DNA of 63,891 bases, counting the filler, from Parasitella parasitica NRRL 2501 (lineage: Eukaryota > Fungi > Mucoromycota), in assembly GCA_025201805.1 (NCBI GenBank). It is 8 parts of 8 records of this genome, joined end to end, with 100 filler letters (N's around TTAATTAATTAA, not from the genome) between each part and the next. Parts side by side here need not be neighbours in the genome. Positions count along the whole stretch, not along the records: positions 1 to 22,717 come from MU619411.1; 7 more parts are not named here. One strand, 5' to 3'. The notes beneath the pieces were generated by a model. It was given only the letters and a program-made list of their open reading frames with translations. It was not told the DNA's origin and did not search any database. Made by a program: the position numbers and the translations under genes. This document shows positions 1 through 12,847 of the stretch, one piece after another; the first letter of the stretch is position 1; each line of letters opens with the position of its first letter.

Positions 1-984
1 AAAAAAAAAAAAAAAAAAAACGATGGGAGTAATTTATAAAATGTGGCCCGCACTGAAAAACACCCATCTAAACCCTTTTGTCATTTGAAAGTAATACATA
101 CAAAGTCATGTTGAAATACCTATACCGCATGCAAGAGCCGAAACAAAAAGATGCTTGAACGGATTTCCAATGGAGAAAAAGACATATACCACTCGCTATT
201 ACGGAGGTAATTTCCGTAAAGAAGCAAACAATAGCAATGCAAGTTGACCAACATAGATATGATACTGTTACAGTGATTATACTATATAAAACTCTTTGAA
301 ATAATGTACTACATCTCACTTTAAATTGGAAAAAACACTTGAAACTGGTTATTTCATGATCTGTTCTGGTTTGAGCACAGCCTTTCCCTTTTTTTAAACA
401 AGCATTACGATTGTGTTACAGCACACCACCCTTTCATAATTCATGATGTTGTATCACCATGAAACATCATTTATTTATATTACAAAATAATTGCCCGCGA
501 ATTTCAGCTTTTTAATTCATAACAGGCACAGATTGTGAGAAATGCGTTTAAATATTCTCACAAGCTTGAATTTGCACTTGGCTAACATCCTATTAGTTGT
601 GTGTGTTTCTATCAACTGCCAAATATTGAAAAATATACATATGCAAGTAATGCATTTTAGTGTCAGTATTCATAATCCATGGCAACAATGGCGGCAAAAA
701 GGTTATAAAAAAAAAAAACTTCTGGTTAGTTGAAGAAGCAGTATACACGTTGTGGAGCACTGGCTTCATCTCTTTGCAGATTTCAGCACCAGTAGTGCAT
801 AGATAACCATTTAGTCAATAACCAAAGGCGTATCATTGCTTGGTCATGATTTAGATAAATGAAAAAGTCTAATACTATTTTATTAAATAAAAAAGTAAAA
901 ATAATAAAGAGAAATGCTACAAAAATATGTTGGAAGAAAAAAGCAAAGAAAAATATTATAGAACAGAATAGAGTATATCAGCAT

Positions 985-2259
<1,275 letters not shown>

Positions 2260-2835
2260 TCTATCGAAAAGTTTTCAAGAAAGGATGGGAGGGANNNNNN
2301 NNNNAGTTTTTTACGCTTCTTTTCTGCCTTCAATGCAAACAAACCAGTCCCAGAGAATAAGCTTTTTCATGATCTGAAGCGTCACAAACACTCTGCCTAC
2401 AACTCCCGTACCTTGTAGTGTTGCCATGGAAATAAACCAAGGACGTTGTTGGCAGTAGATTTTCTATGCCCCAAAAAAAAGCCCCTCTTGTTGTAAAAGA
2501 AATGCCACAATACCCTTGTGAAATGAGATTACCAGGCATCTCTGCTATCATACAAAGAGAACTACCGGATTATAGCCCAATAGCCATGTTGTATCGTCCC
2601 CCAATTCGTATGCTATCTTAAAAACTGTTAGAGCTTCGCTCTCAACATTTTTCTCATTTTACACTTGCATCAGATCTCAATGACAGAATAAGGCTTGTTT
2701 TCTATTGCAGAAAGATAAAATGTATCTAATCAACTATTCAAAAAAAGACCAAATTATTGTTTAACTGCTTCTTTTATTGTTATATTGTTTTTTTGATGTT
2801 GTATGAAAAAAATGTTTAATAAATTCTAATATGTT

Positions 2836-3890
2836 TTAACGACGACTAACACCAGATCTAACTTCAGGAAATTTCAAAGGTACAATCAAAGTTGCTTTCT
2901 TGGCTATTTTATTACCAGTCTCCCGACATTCTTCTGCACTTGCTTTATCCACCTTACATCCCAGACTTCTGAACAGCGATGCTATCTTTGTAGGTTTAAG
3001 CAATAGGTCCTTGCCGATATCGTCAATAAGAACGCTATATCCAGAGATTGAAAGAATAAGTGTAAACATGTATAAAAGGATTTTGTCTGCCATGATGGGC
3101 GTACGACTAAGAAAGAAAATAAAACCATTAAAAAGGATTCCCTGATGTCGATTCGACAAATAACTTACAAATTACTTTCAGTATACCTCTCAGCAAGCCC
3201 ATCAAGCACCAGACTTGAAGGTGTCTTCAGAGCAGCCTCCACCTTTCTACGGTTTTTCAAATCATTGGGACGGACTCGAGCATAGTAAGCCATAAGTAAG
3301 TTGATGTACATGAGAGTGCGGACTCTTTTACGATCCTTCTTTCCAGAAGATCCCAAAATTGACATGAGTCGATCATTGACAAATTTGGATTCGTGATAAG
3401 CCAATAAATTCTTGACACCTTCTAAGGATGTCTCCTTCAAAAGTTCCTTGTAACTCAAAGATTGAAGTTCTTCCTCAGAGACAATAGAAGAAATATCGTA
3501 CACATCATCAGGAGATTCAGCATGCATATTATGTTTTGGTACAGGCAAAGATGATTCCATATCCTTTTTCATTTCCTCTTTCTTTGGCACGTTGACTGTT
3601 GCTTTACCAATTTCAGAGTGCAAATCGTTCATCTCCTCCATCAAATCATCACCTCTAACCAAATTGCGCTCATCTCTCTTCAATTGAGATTTGGCCTTTG
3701 CTGTACCAAAAGCTAAACCAAGTGCAGCACGAGCAACTTGACCTCTAGCAATAGTGGTGCTGGCATTCACGTCTGAACTCAACGCCTTGACACTTCGCGA
3801 CATTTTCATTATAGGTGCATTAGTGATATTTAATGTGTTGTTCTTTTTGGAATAGACACCAACGATATATCTACATAAACAGGGTTAAAA

Positions 3891-3963
<73 letters not shown>

Positions 3964-4313
3964 GATAGGTGAAAGTACATACTTGCACTGGACATTGCGC
4001 ACAGCTTCAGGACCAAAATTGGATGCCTTGAAACTAACTTTATCTGTTTCTCCGGAGACCACACGTTGAGATGATTTTTTAGAAGATGCGTTGACATCTC
4101 CGTTTTTATAAGCTGAAAAGCTCATATCTGAAGAAGGCTTTGTGCCGGGAAATGTGGCTATGAAAAATGCAATTTTAAAGAAGATCCCTTGATGCTGTTG
4201 AGAAAACAAAAATTACCTAAATAGGGTGTCTCAACGTCGAGTTGTTTTTCGACAATTTCAACCTTGACATGGCGTGAAGATGAATGGTCGACAGATGCCT
4301 TTCTTTTTCCCAT
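2836..4313 (-). CDS. RPA49: RNA polymerase I subunit A49 (RPA49/PAF53), multi-exon
   Basis: MGKRK start at 4313; segments VVSGETDKVSF, LGLAFGTAKAK, VYDISSIVSEEE, LFRSLGC and ATLIVPLKFP resemble the A49 family; one intron carries a long poly(T) tract. Confidence 0.8.
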
Positions 4314-4767
4314 CTCTGTTGTATATATTTGTTGTTGGTTGATGAAGATTTACAAAAGAATCTGTTTTTTTTTTTTCTTTTTTTTTTTGCCATTTCGTTT
4401 TGCAAGTATAAAGTGGCTTGATATGTCAAAATGGTCACAGCAAGTGTCAAACCACACCGGATAATGCATGTGTGTTCTAAATGTGCAATGTGCAAATCCG
4501 TCAAGATCGACTCCTTTTACAAGATGATAAACATAAAATCAAAGCCGGTAAGAAATAGGACCGTTCACTAAACCCGAGTGATTTTAACATCACAAAACAT
4601 CTCATATATCAGCTTCCTCTTTTGTTTGTCAGGAATAATGTGGGGCTGGCTGATTTTATTTGTATAAAGCGCATTTCTTATTGTTTTTCCGATTGAATAA
4701 ACTAGTACTGAACAACGCTGATTTGTTTTCTACCTTTCTTCTTCTTAATTATAAACAGTAGTGTAAA

Positions 4768-5196
4768 ATGGATGAAAAAACACAGATGAATCCTCAAGAT
4801 CAGCAAGAAATCATAATAGACATTGATGCACCATCTTCACCTTCACCCCCATGCTACGAATCCACATTGGAAGCACCACCTCCGCCAAGCTATCATCAAT
4901 CCACAACTCGTTTATACTATAAAAATCAACCCTACATTACCGATTCTGATCAAATTTTATACAACAGCAATCAAGAATACTGCTCTAGTTCAGAAGATGA
5001 CAGCGACAGTGACAGCTGGTCGTATATAGCAAAATTGCCACTTCGTCAGCGCTTGGCCTTTTACTCTAAATCATGGTTACATACCATCTATGACGGACGC
5101 TTGATATTTTTTGCATTTTTTATTTTGGTTTCTATTATCGTATTAGGTTTGGTTGTATCATTTATTACTATCCCAAGTCTATTCAAGCGTTATTAA
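4768..5196 (+). CDS. Small hypothetical membrane protein with PY motifs and a C-terminal transmembrane helix
   Basis: 142-aa ORF with a good ATG context, PPCY and PPSY motifs and hydrophobic LIFFAFFILVSIIVLGLVVSFITI; divergent from RPA49. Confidence 0.6.
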   Translation: MDEKTQMNPQDQQEIIIDIDAPSSPSPPCYESTLEAPPPPSYHQSTTRLYYKNQPYITDSDQILYNSNQEYCSSSEDDSDSDSWSYIAKLPLRQRLAFYSKSWLHTIYDGRLIFFAFFILVSIIVLGLVVSFITIPSLFKRY

Positions 5197-6479
5197 GGAA
5201 AAAGACATGTATGTGGTACTCTAATTGGTTTGGGCAATCAATCAATTGGGTTTGTAAATAAATTACTACACTATGTAACTTTCAACATGAATATATAGTG
5301 TTTTTTAATGTTGGCACAAAACCACTGCATTTTATGACGTATGGTGCGTGTATGAAAGAGCAATGGATATATTTCCTACATGTGTTTTTTTTTTTTTATT
5401 CTGGCAGCTTTTTTCATGCGTTTTGAATGTGTCTAGTGTGTAACATCGGGCTTATTTCGGGTGCGTTAATGTAACGATAATTCTGCTCTGCTGTGTAACA
5501 TGGTAGCGGGTATCCGCCAACTTCATGAGTCAAATAGCATTCACGGCTCATGACTTTGTCATGTTCGCTCAAAATGGAGAAGTAACTGATCATCTTGAGA
5601 CCATGGAGAGACTCTATCGAGCGAAACTAGTATACATTCCGTAATATCATATAGTCACGCCTACTTACAGTGTGGATGCTCAATGCTCAATACTCGATGT
5701 TCATTTTAAGAAATAAAGCCACATCTCACACTCTCATGTAACCTTGTATCAGAAATGTTCTTTTGTAGTCAAGCTTTATGAAGACTGCGAATACCTATAA
5801 ATTAATAAACAATCTCAATATCTTCCATCATGAAAAACCACATTTGATATATAGTAGAGTTGTTGGCGGCATTGCTGTGTTTCTTTGGTAATATCTGATA
5901 AATAGCTGTATTATTTTCTATTTAAAAAATGCCCTATAATCTGTGGTCAGCGGTTTCATTTGGCAGAAGAAGGCATATTCACTGCACACGTTTCCAAGGC
6001 TACGATTTATGTATGTGGCACAGATTAACATCATGGTCCAAATTGTTTATAATCTCACTTTTTCACTTTTTCACTTTTTCACTTTCTCTCTTCTTCTCTT
6101 CTTCTCTTTTTACGAAACATTCAATATTACTATTGATTACAAATGCAACAACAAAAGCAGATAAAACTCAATCGAATGATAGATCTAAATAGTCGATGTA
6201 TTAGTAAGTTACTGTCGCGATAAATACCAAAATCAATTGTCAGGCCCTGTTTTTCGGTCATGTAACAATGCTCGTTACCTCTTTGCAAGTAACACAGTTG
6301 TTCAACAAAGCTAGAACAGCATATCTATTATAGAAAATTGATGTAACAGCTAATTGTCTAAATATGCTTCATATATTTAAATCCAACACATGTAAATTTA
6401 TTGGAAACGGTTAAAAAAGATAGACTCGGTATACGGGTAAAAAGGTGAAAACTTATTTTTTTTTTCGTCTGGAAATGCT

Positions 6480-7059
6480 TGATTTACCAGAAAAAACCTG
6501 ATGGAAATCAATCAGGTAAAGGTCCGTTTATGATATTACAAAATAGAGGCATTAAAACACTTTACACGAACTGAGGGTTTCAGCGATGAGACCCGGGAGA
6601 TAGAGTAGATTGTATGTCATGTCATAGTATTTTAGGATCTAATGTTCTACTCTTTAGTATGTGCTACAAAAATTAAAAAAGCTTGACATATACAGTTATA
6701 ACTCTTCTTGATTAAATAAAGTTAAAAATGTAAGTGAAGTTCTGTTTAGCTCCTTGAACTTCACCTTATTTATAGTAAAGTAAAAGATAGTTAAGTCAAT
6801 TTACTAATGTAACAACTTGATTTTGATTAAATTAAGCTTCATGGAAAGTAATAAGCAGTGCTTGATTAATGTGCAGTACAAGTTGCACAGTCGCCTTTAA
6901 ATGTATAATATTATGGTATAATTCTTATTATTAACGCTTTCTTCGCAGGATCTTAGTCAGGAACTACTATCTGCTTTACTAGTTGTAAAAGACTGCCAGT
7001 AATTCACATTAGTATGATTTTATATTATGTTGATATATGGTTTTATAATTGATACATCA
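6480..7059 (+). mobile_element. Solo LTR-like element, family A (TGAT...ATCA), carrying a nested 349-bp TGTG...CACA insertion (6660-7008)
   Basis: Similar to 25884-26138 and to the reverse complement of 60744-61051; flanks ATGCT/ATGAT; nested piece flanked by TTAGTA on both sides. Confidence 0.7.
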
Positions 7060-7322
7060 ATGATGGTTTATAGAATGGTAATATGGGACGATGATGATGG
7101 GATAAATGAAAGTATTATTACATAAATAATGATGAATTGAAACTACCTTATATGTTCATTGTGAACCAGCTATACGGTTCGATGCATATAAAAGCCTTAA
7201 TAACTGTCCATATTCCAACAAAGTGGAAAGTATATATTCTTGCTCAGTGTATATTATTCTTTTATTTTTTATTTTTCTCGTAAAATTCAAAAAAAAAAAG
7301 TGCAGGAAAATTATAAATCGCG

Positions 7323-7626
7323 CGATTAATTTGGCTAAGTCAACACCAAAATCCTAAAAACAAAAAAACAGGGTTTCCCCCTGTTTTGATGTTAGGCGGA
7401 GCTTGAAATCCGACCAAAAATAGAAATTGAAAGAATTTCAAGCAATACCACCCCTAAGCAGCCAAAAAGTGCCTTACCACACTTCGTAGCTTTGGATAAA
7501 ACGGCCCATCTCAAGAACTGCTAGGGTAAGCACAGTTAATGAGTAGAAACAGCCTACATGCTCCTGTATGACCCGGATAAAGAGCTAATGTCAAATTTCA
7601 GTGATAGGCCATCCACTTGACACGAC
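7323..7626. repeat. Non-coding repeated element end with a long hairpin; second copy at 22631-22717
   Basis: ~87 bp near-identical at both sites, including AAAACAGGG-tttcc-CCCTGTTTT; both copies run into assembly gaps. Confidence 0.8.
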
Positions 7627-10127
7627 NNNNNNNNNNNNNNNNNNNNNNNNNNNNNNNNNNNNNNNNNNNNNNNNNNNNNNNNNNNNNNNNNNNNNNNNNN
7701 NNNNNNNNNNNNNNNNNNNNNNNNNNNNNNNNNNNNNNNNNNNNNNNNNNNNNNNNNNNNNNNNNNNNNNNNNNNNNNNNNNNNNNNNNNNNNNNNNNNN
7801 NNNNNNAAAAACGCGTATGAGAGTGTTAGTTATTGTCTTTTAGAAAACGTGAGTAATATAGTTACTGTTTTTTAAAGAAAAAAATGACTTTACCCACAAT
7901 CAAAGAGGTATAACGTATAATACCAGCAATAATCAACAACACAAAGTCCATGCATTTGAATCGTAGATAATCAAAGATAAGAATATATAGTATATAGTAT
8001 ATAGTATAGTAGCGTAATTATAGTGTAGTAACAGAAGTAGAAGCAGCAAAAAAAAAGGGGGGGATGGGTTACTACGCCTAACAGTGACTGTATTTTCGCG
8101 TGCACAGTAAATGCATCCAAACCAGTAAACAATGTAAAGTGACAAAATTAAGAAAAAACTGTAATCTGGTGCACCAAAGCTATGTAAATAAGATAGCCTT
8201 GATGTTGAGGAATATAATACTTTTTGTGTTTTGCAAATTGGTTGTTTCAATGAAAAGTTATTTCAATTTGAAGACTTGATGAAAACAGGAGAAACAGGGA
8301 AAAAAAGTTACTTCAAATCTCATAGTTCTTCTCTAGACTTTTAGTTATGACAGCCAAGTCTGAATGCATTGTAGCATTCGAATGGTGTATTACAATTGAC
8401 ATCTGTGTTGTTTCTCTAGCCTACATACTACTCAGTAAAAAATACTAAAATGGACAAATTTACGAAATTACAGCAGTATCATTTGAAATATTACGGTAAT
8501 AACGCAGGCTGTGCTATTTATTGGTAATGTATTCAAAATATAATAGAGATTCCAGTCTATCATTTAGTACTGATCTCTGAAAAGAGAGATGATTCCATGC
8601 CGATATATCACGGTATAGTTACCAGCTATACCTCCAAAACCTTGGATTGAGAACGCGGCTGAATTTAAAAAAGCAAGCGTATTTTTCTGTTTTGAGTGCT
8701 TTTGTTTGCCAAAACACCATTTTCGAAACTTTTTGATTGCATAGTTGATGCCAAAATTATCACACGTCTCTAAGCATAATAATACAACGCATTGATACAA
8801 GACTTGGTGTTCTACCTAACTGTGCAATGATTAAAGCCAATTGTATTATTGCGAATTAATCGATAAAACAAAATTTTGTTATTTAAGCCGAAATATAAGA
8901 TTTTTCGTAGTTTACTGTATAAACAAAAATTTTGGATGACATACTTTTAAAGCTAAAACAGACAATGCGTAGTAGGATGCTCCTCTAGGTTTCTAACAGT
9001 GTCTTTTGATTTTAACTGAATGTTTGTTTGGTCCACTGATCGAGTGGAGCAAAAACAACAAGATGTATCTTCTGGACTAACAAAAAGACTTTTTTTTTAG
9101 GTCGGGTAAACTACATATACCAAACGCTTTCTGTCCCTATATTGACACAGATTGAACTTTTCCTGAATATATGAGAGTTTTGACAAATCGACCGTTTTGC
9201 AATTATATTATATAATCTTTTTTGAGAGGATATTTTTCCCCGTATAATTTGCAATATAGGTTTTTTTTTAGATATGCAAAATCGTCTCCATTTCCTATAA
9301 TATAAAGCGCACAGTGAAATGTTGAGTGCAAATGTGTTATTTTAACGCGATAAAGGCTTTCTCATTAAAACTCGAAATACACAACCGGAGACTTTTATAG
9401 ACATAAGGCATGCTATCTCTAGTTGTATTAAAACTAAATCTTGATCAATCTTTACCCACATAACTTGNNNNNNNNNNNNNNNNNNNNNNNNNNNNNNNNN
9501 NNNNNNNNNNNNNNNNNNNNNNNNNNNNNNNNNNNNNNNNNNNNNNNNNNNNNNNNNNNNNNNNNNNNNNNNNNNNNNNNNNNNNNNNNNNNNNNNNNNN
9601 NNNNNNNNNNNNNNNNNNNNNNNNNNNNNNNNNNNNNNNNNNNNNNNNNNNNNNNNNNNNNNNNNNNNNNNNNNNNNNNNNNNNNNNNNNNNNNNNNNNN
9701 NNNNNNNNNNNNNNNNNNNNNNNNNNNNNNNNNNNNNNNNNNNNNNNNNNNNNNNNNNNNNNNNNNNNNNNNNNNNNNNNNNNNNNNNNNNNNNNNNNNN
9801 NNNNNNNNNNNNNNNNNNNNNNNNNNNNNNNNNNNNNNNNNNNNNNNNNNNNNNNNNNNNNNNNNNNNNNNNNNNNNNNNNNNNNNNNNNNNNNNNNNNN
9901 NNNNNNNNNNNNNNNNNNNNNNNNNNNNNNNNNNNNNNNNNNNNNNNNNNNNNNNNNNNNNNNNNNNNNNNNNNNNNNNNNNNNNNNNNNNNNNNNNNNN
10001 NNNNNNNNNNNNNNNNNNNNNNNNNNNNNNNNNNNNNNNNNNNNNNNNNNNNNNNNNNNNNNNNNNNNNNNNNNNNNNNNNNNNNNNNNNNNNNNNNNNN
10101 NNNNNNNNNNNNNNNNNNNNNNNNNNN

Positions 10128-11800
10128 AAGTGTTTTATAACGTAAATTAAATTCTGCATCCAACCATATAAATTTCAAGGCTATAGAAACACCTTTTTTT
10201 ATTGGCAATTATCAATTATTCGAAAAACGCCATTTTTGATACTTTTGGAGTAAAATCGAACATATTTTGAGCACTCCTAGCTCTATAAACTTGACCAAAA
10301 GGATTATCATGTTAATACCTACACACCAATATATTTTTTACTGCTGTAGCTTTATTATATCTGCCAAGAATCAAAATCTTGTCTCGACCAAAATGAATCT
10401 ACAATTTTCCGGTCCTATGTTCAGAGGGCCAAAATGAAGCCATTCAAAAGGGTAAAAATCAATTCCGTTTTTCGAGATTTTCTCGCTCAGAAATTGGTGT
10501 TTTTTGACCAAACAAAAAGCATTCCGTAGCTATTTTGTAGCTCTATTTTTGTGTTGCTATATCATATATCTTTATACACTATTCATTTCTCTGAAATTTA
10601 TAAAAATAAATGAAGCCTCTGCTAAAAACATTTAAAAAAATATTTTTTTCGACATATCTATCTAACACTAATGCAACTAGGAGAGAACCAAATTTTGAAA
10701 ATATTTTAGTAATTACTCAGGCCAAGTTACCATAGTGGTTTGTTGAGAAATAGGGGGACAAAGTTTAATGTAAAAAGACAAAACTGGCTCAAGCTTGTCG
10801 AAATCGAGCTTCAATACAACATGTTTACTACCAGTAGGTGTATCAAAACGTGCTTTATTAATTTACTTAGGAACTTAAACATGATTTAATTGCAAAACTT
10901 GGTACTTGTTATAGGAACATATGCTGTAAAATCTGCAAAATCTGCAAGATCTAGTTTTGGTAATATCTCGACAGCAAAGATAGATATCGAGAATCGGAAG
11001 ACGTGATGAGTTACAGTTATCATACCAGTAACTGGATGTATACTTGGCTTAGACCCCAAATCCGTGCCTAAAAATGACCCTGAAGGTTGACCCAAAGTTG
11101 AAAACTAAAATTTGAATATGAGGTTTGGGGTCCAAACATAGCAAAATCTGAAAAATGGCCAGAGGTGCATGAAACTCGGGTATGTTGTAAAATGCTCTAA
11201 AAAATGAATATATTGGCTGAAGGTTGTGTCTCTATCGGTTATTAGTTTGTAAAGATATCAGTGATTGTAGATTATGCTTTTAAGCAGGGGAAAAGGTGAT
11301 GGTCATGGTTAGGCGGGATTTATTTTAACCAAATCATAAAACTACATAAAAATAGCTGTGGAAGTCATATCTTACAGCATCTTGGCTATTGATTCATATC
11401 AAGACATAATCAGATTGTTTATGGAGTTCATACTTTGCTCCTCAATTGAAATATATGATTCACTGCCAAAGGCCTTTATATACAGCAGTAAATTCAAGCT
11501 CAGAAGTATGTTTCCATTGCAACTTGCGTACATCCAAATTTTCATTGCTTAATATTTCAATATAATATTGCATATGTTTCCTAAATGTTTTTTGTCAGCT
11601 TTTAAATTCTGCATCAAACCATATTAATCAAATTGGTGGGCTCTAAAAACATCTTTTCATATTCCAAAAAATGGCTTTGCTCTTGCGATTTTTGACGTTT
11701 TTAGTGCGCAACAAAGAACCTTATTATTTGAGCATACAAACGCATGCATTCAACCAAACAATTCATCACGTTTATATATTATATTCATAGTTCTACTATT
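10128..11800. repeat. Copy of a ~1.5-kb non-coding AT-rich repeat family (others at ~44390-44672, 47405-48054, 53770-55329, 56385-58460, 59234-60120)
   Basis: Shared blocks such as GAGGTTTGGGGTCCAAACATAGCAAAATCTGAAAAA, TGACCCTGAAGGTTGACCC and CTTGTCTCGACCAA in both orientations. Confidence 0.9.
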
Positions 11801-12847
11801 TGCCATCATAATGTTTGAAATTTCGTGTTTGTCATAGAACAGGATTTGTACATTGGTTTACCCGCGGAATTGTACAACTTTAATGTCAATTTCGTGATAT
11901 AATTTAAACTTTAATAAACATTTTAGTTACCTAAAGGTATATTCATAAAGATCTTGCCTATAAACAAGTCCATAAATTTTTTATATCTACAATACACCAA
12001 TTAATGTTGTAGTTGTCAATTTCTATCTTCATCAACATCGACTTTCAATCTTTCTATCAGGTTTATTGGTCAATCATACATCACACCATCATGGTATATT
12101 TCTTTATTATCTTTAAATTCCACATTTAGTATAAATAGCAATAGTTTATTCATAGCCCTGAGAAGATCCTCATCCTAACATAAAATAAAAAAACATCTTA
12201 AAAAGTATTTTATTTTAGTGTTTCTTCTGATTTTCACAGTGTTGACTGAAATAAATCCTCTCTGGTTTTTTTTCTATGATTGTAGGGGGTGGGATAGTTA
12301 GTCAACTTTATTATGGAAATTTTCAATATTTTTTAATGCAAGGGTGGAATGGATATACATTTTGAAAAAAAAGCATCATGTTTATTGTCATCATTGATGC
12401 AGTGCATTTTATTTTTCTTCATGTAGAGTGCAGCTAGAGTATGCACTGCAACAACTAATGTGGCACACGTTGTTATTGCAATGGAATGGTATGACTAAAA
12501 GCAAGTAACTAAAAAAATAAGACTCAAATGTCACGCATAGTCAATTCATGCCATTCGAGTTTTCGCAGAACATATGAAGTCAAAGAAGACATCAGCATTT
12601 AAAATACAAACATTACGATAGCTATATTACTTCACAGACGCTTTGTATGATTTGTTTTATTGAATTCTACCAAAAAGCAAAAGATCGGGATTATATTATA
12701 CCATGGATATGAGTTTGAGAAGCAATTATTATAAAGTGTAGTTTGCCCTGGCGGGCGGCCTGGTCTGTTTTTTTTTTTTTTTTTTTTTTTGAAGCTGGTA
12801 GACTTTGAATACAACTGCCGCGACTAGTAATTTTATTTTGTTACTTA

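Noticed and set aside
3833-4209. Poly-Lys / poly-Phe ORFs (also 26532-26756)
   Set aside because: Homopolymer tracts, in an RPA49 intron or beside gaps
8330-9460. Possible hAT or kinase relic
   Set aside because: Only weak short motif resemblances; cannot be supported
9342-10208. Long ORFs spanning N runs (also 7601-7843, 48386-48634)
   Set aside because: Artefacts of translating assembly gaps
10886-11095. Recurrent small ORFs (MGQPSGSFLG.., also 53988-54197, 47596-47805, 59859-60059)
   Set aside because: Chance frames in the 1.5-kb repeat; not preserved across copies
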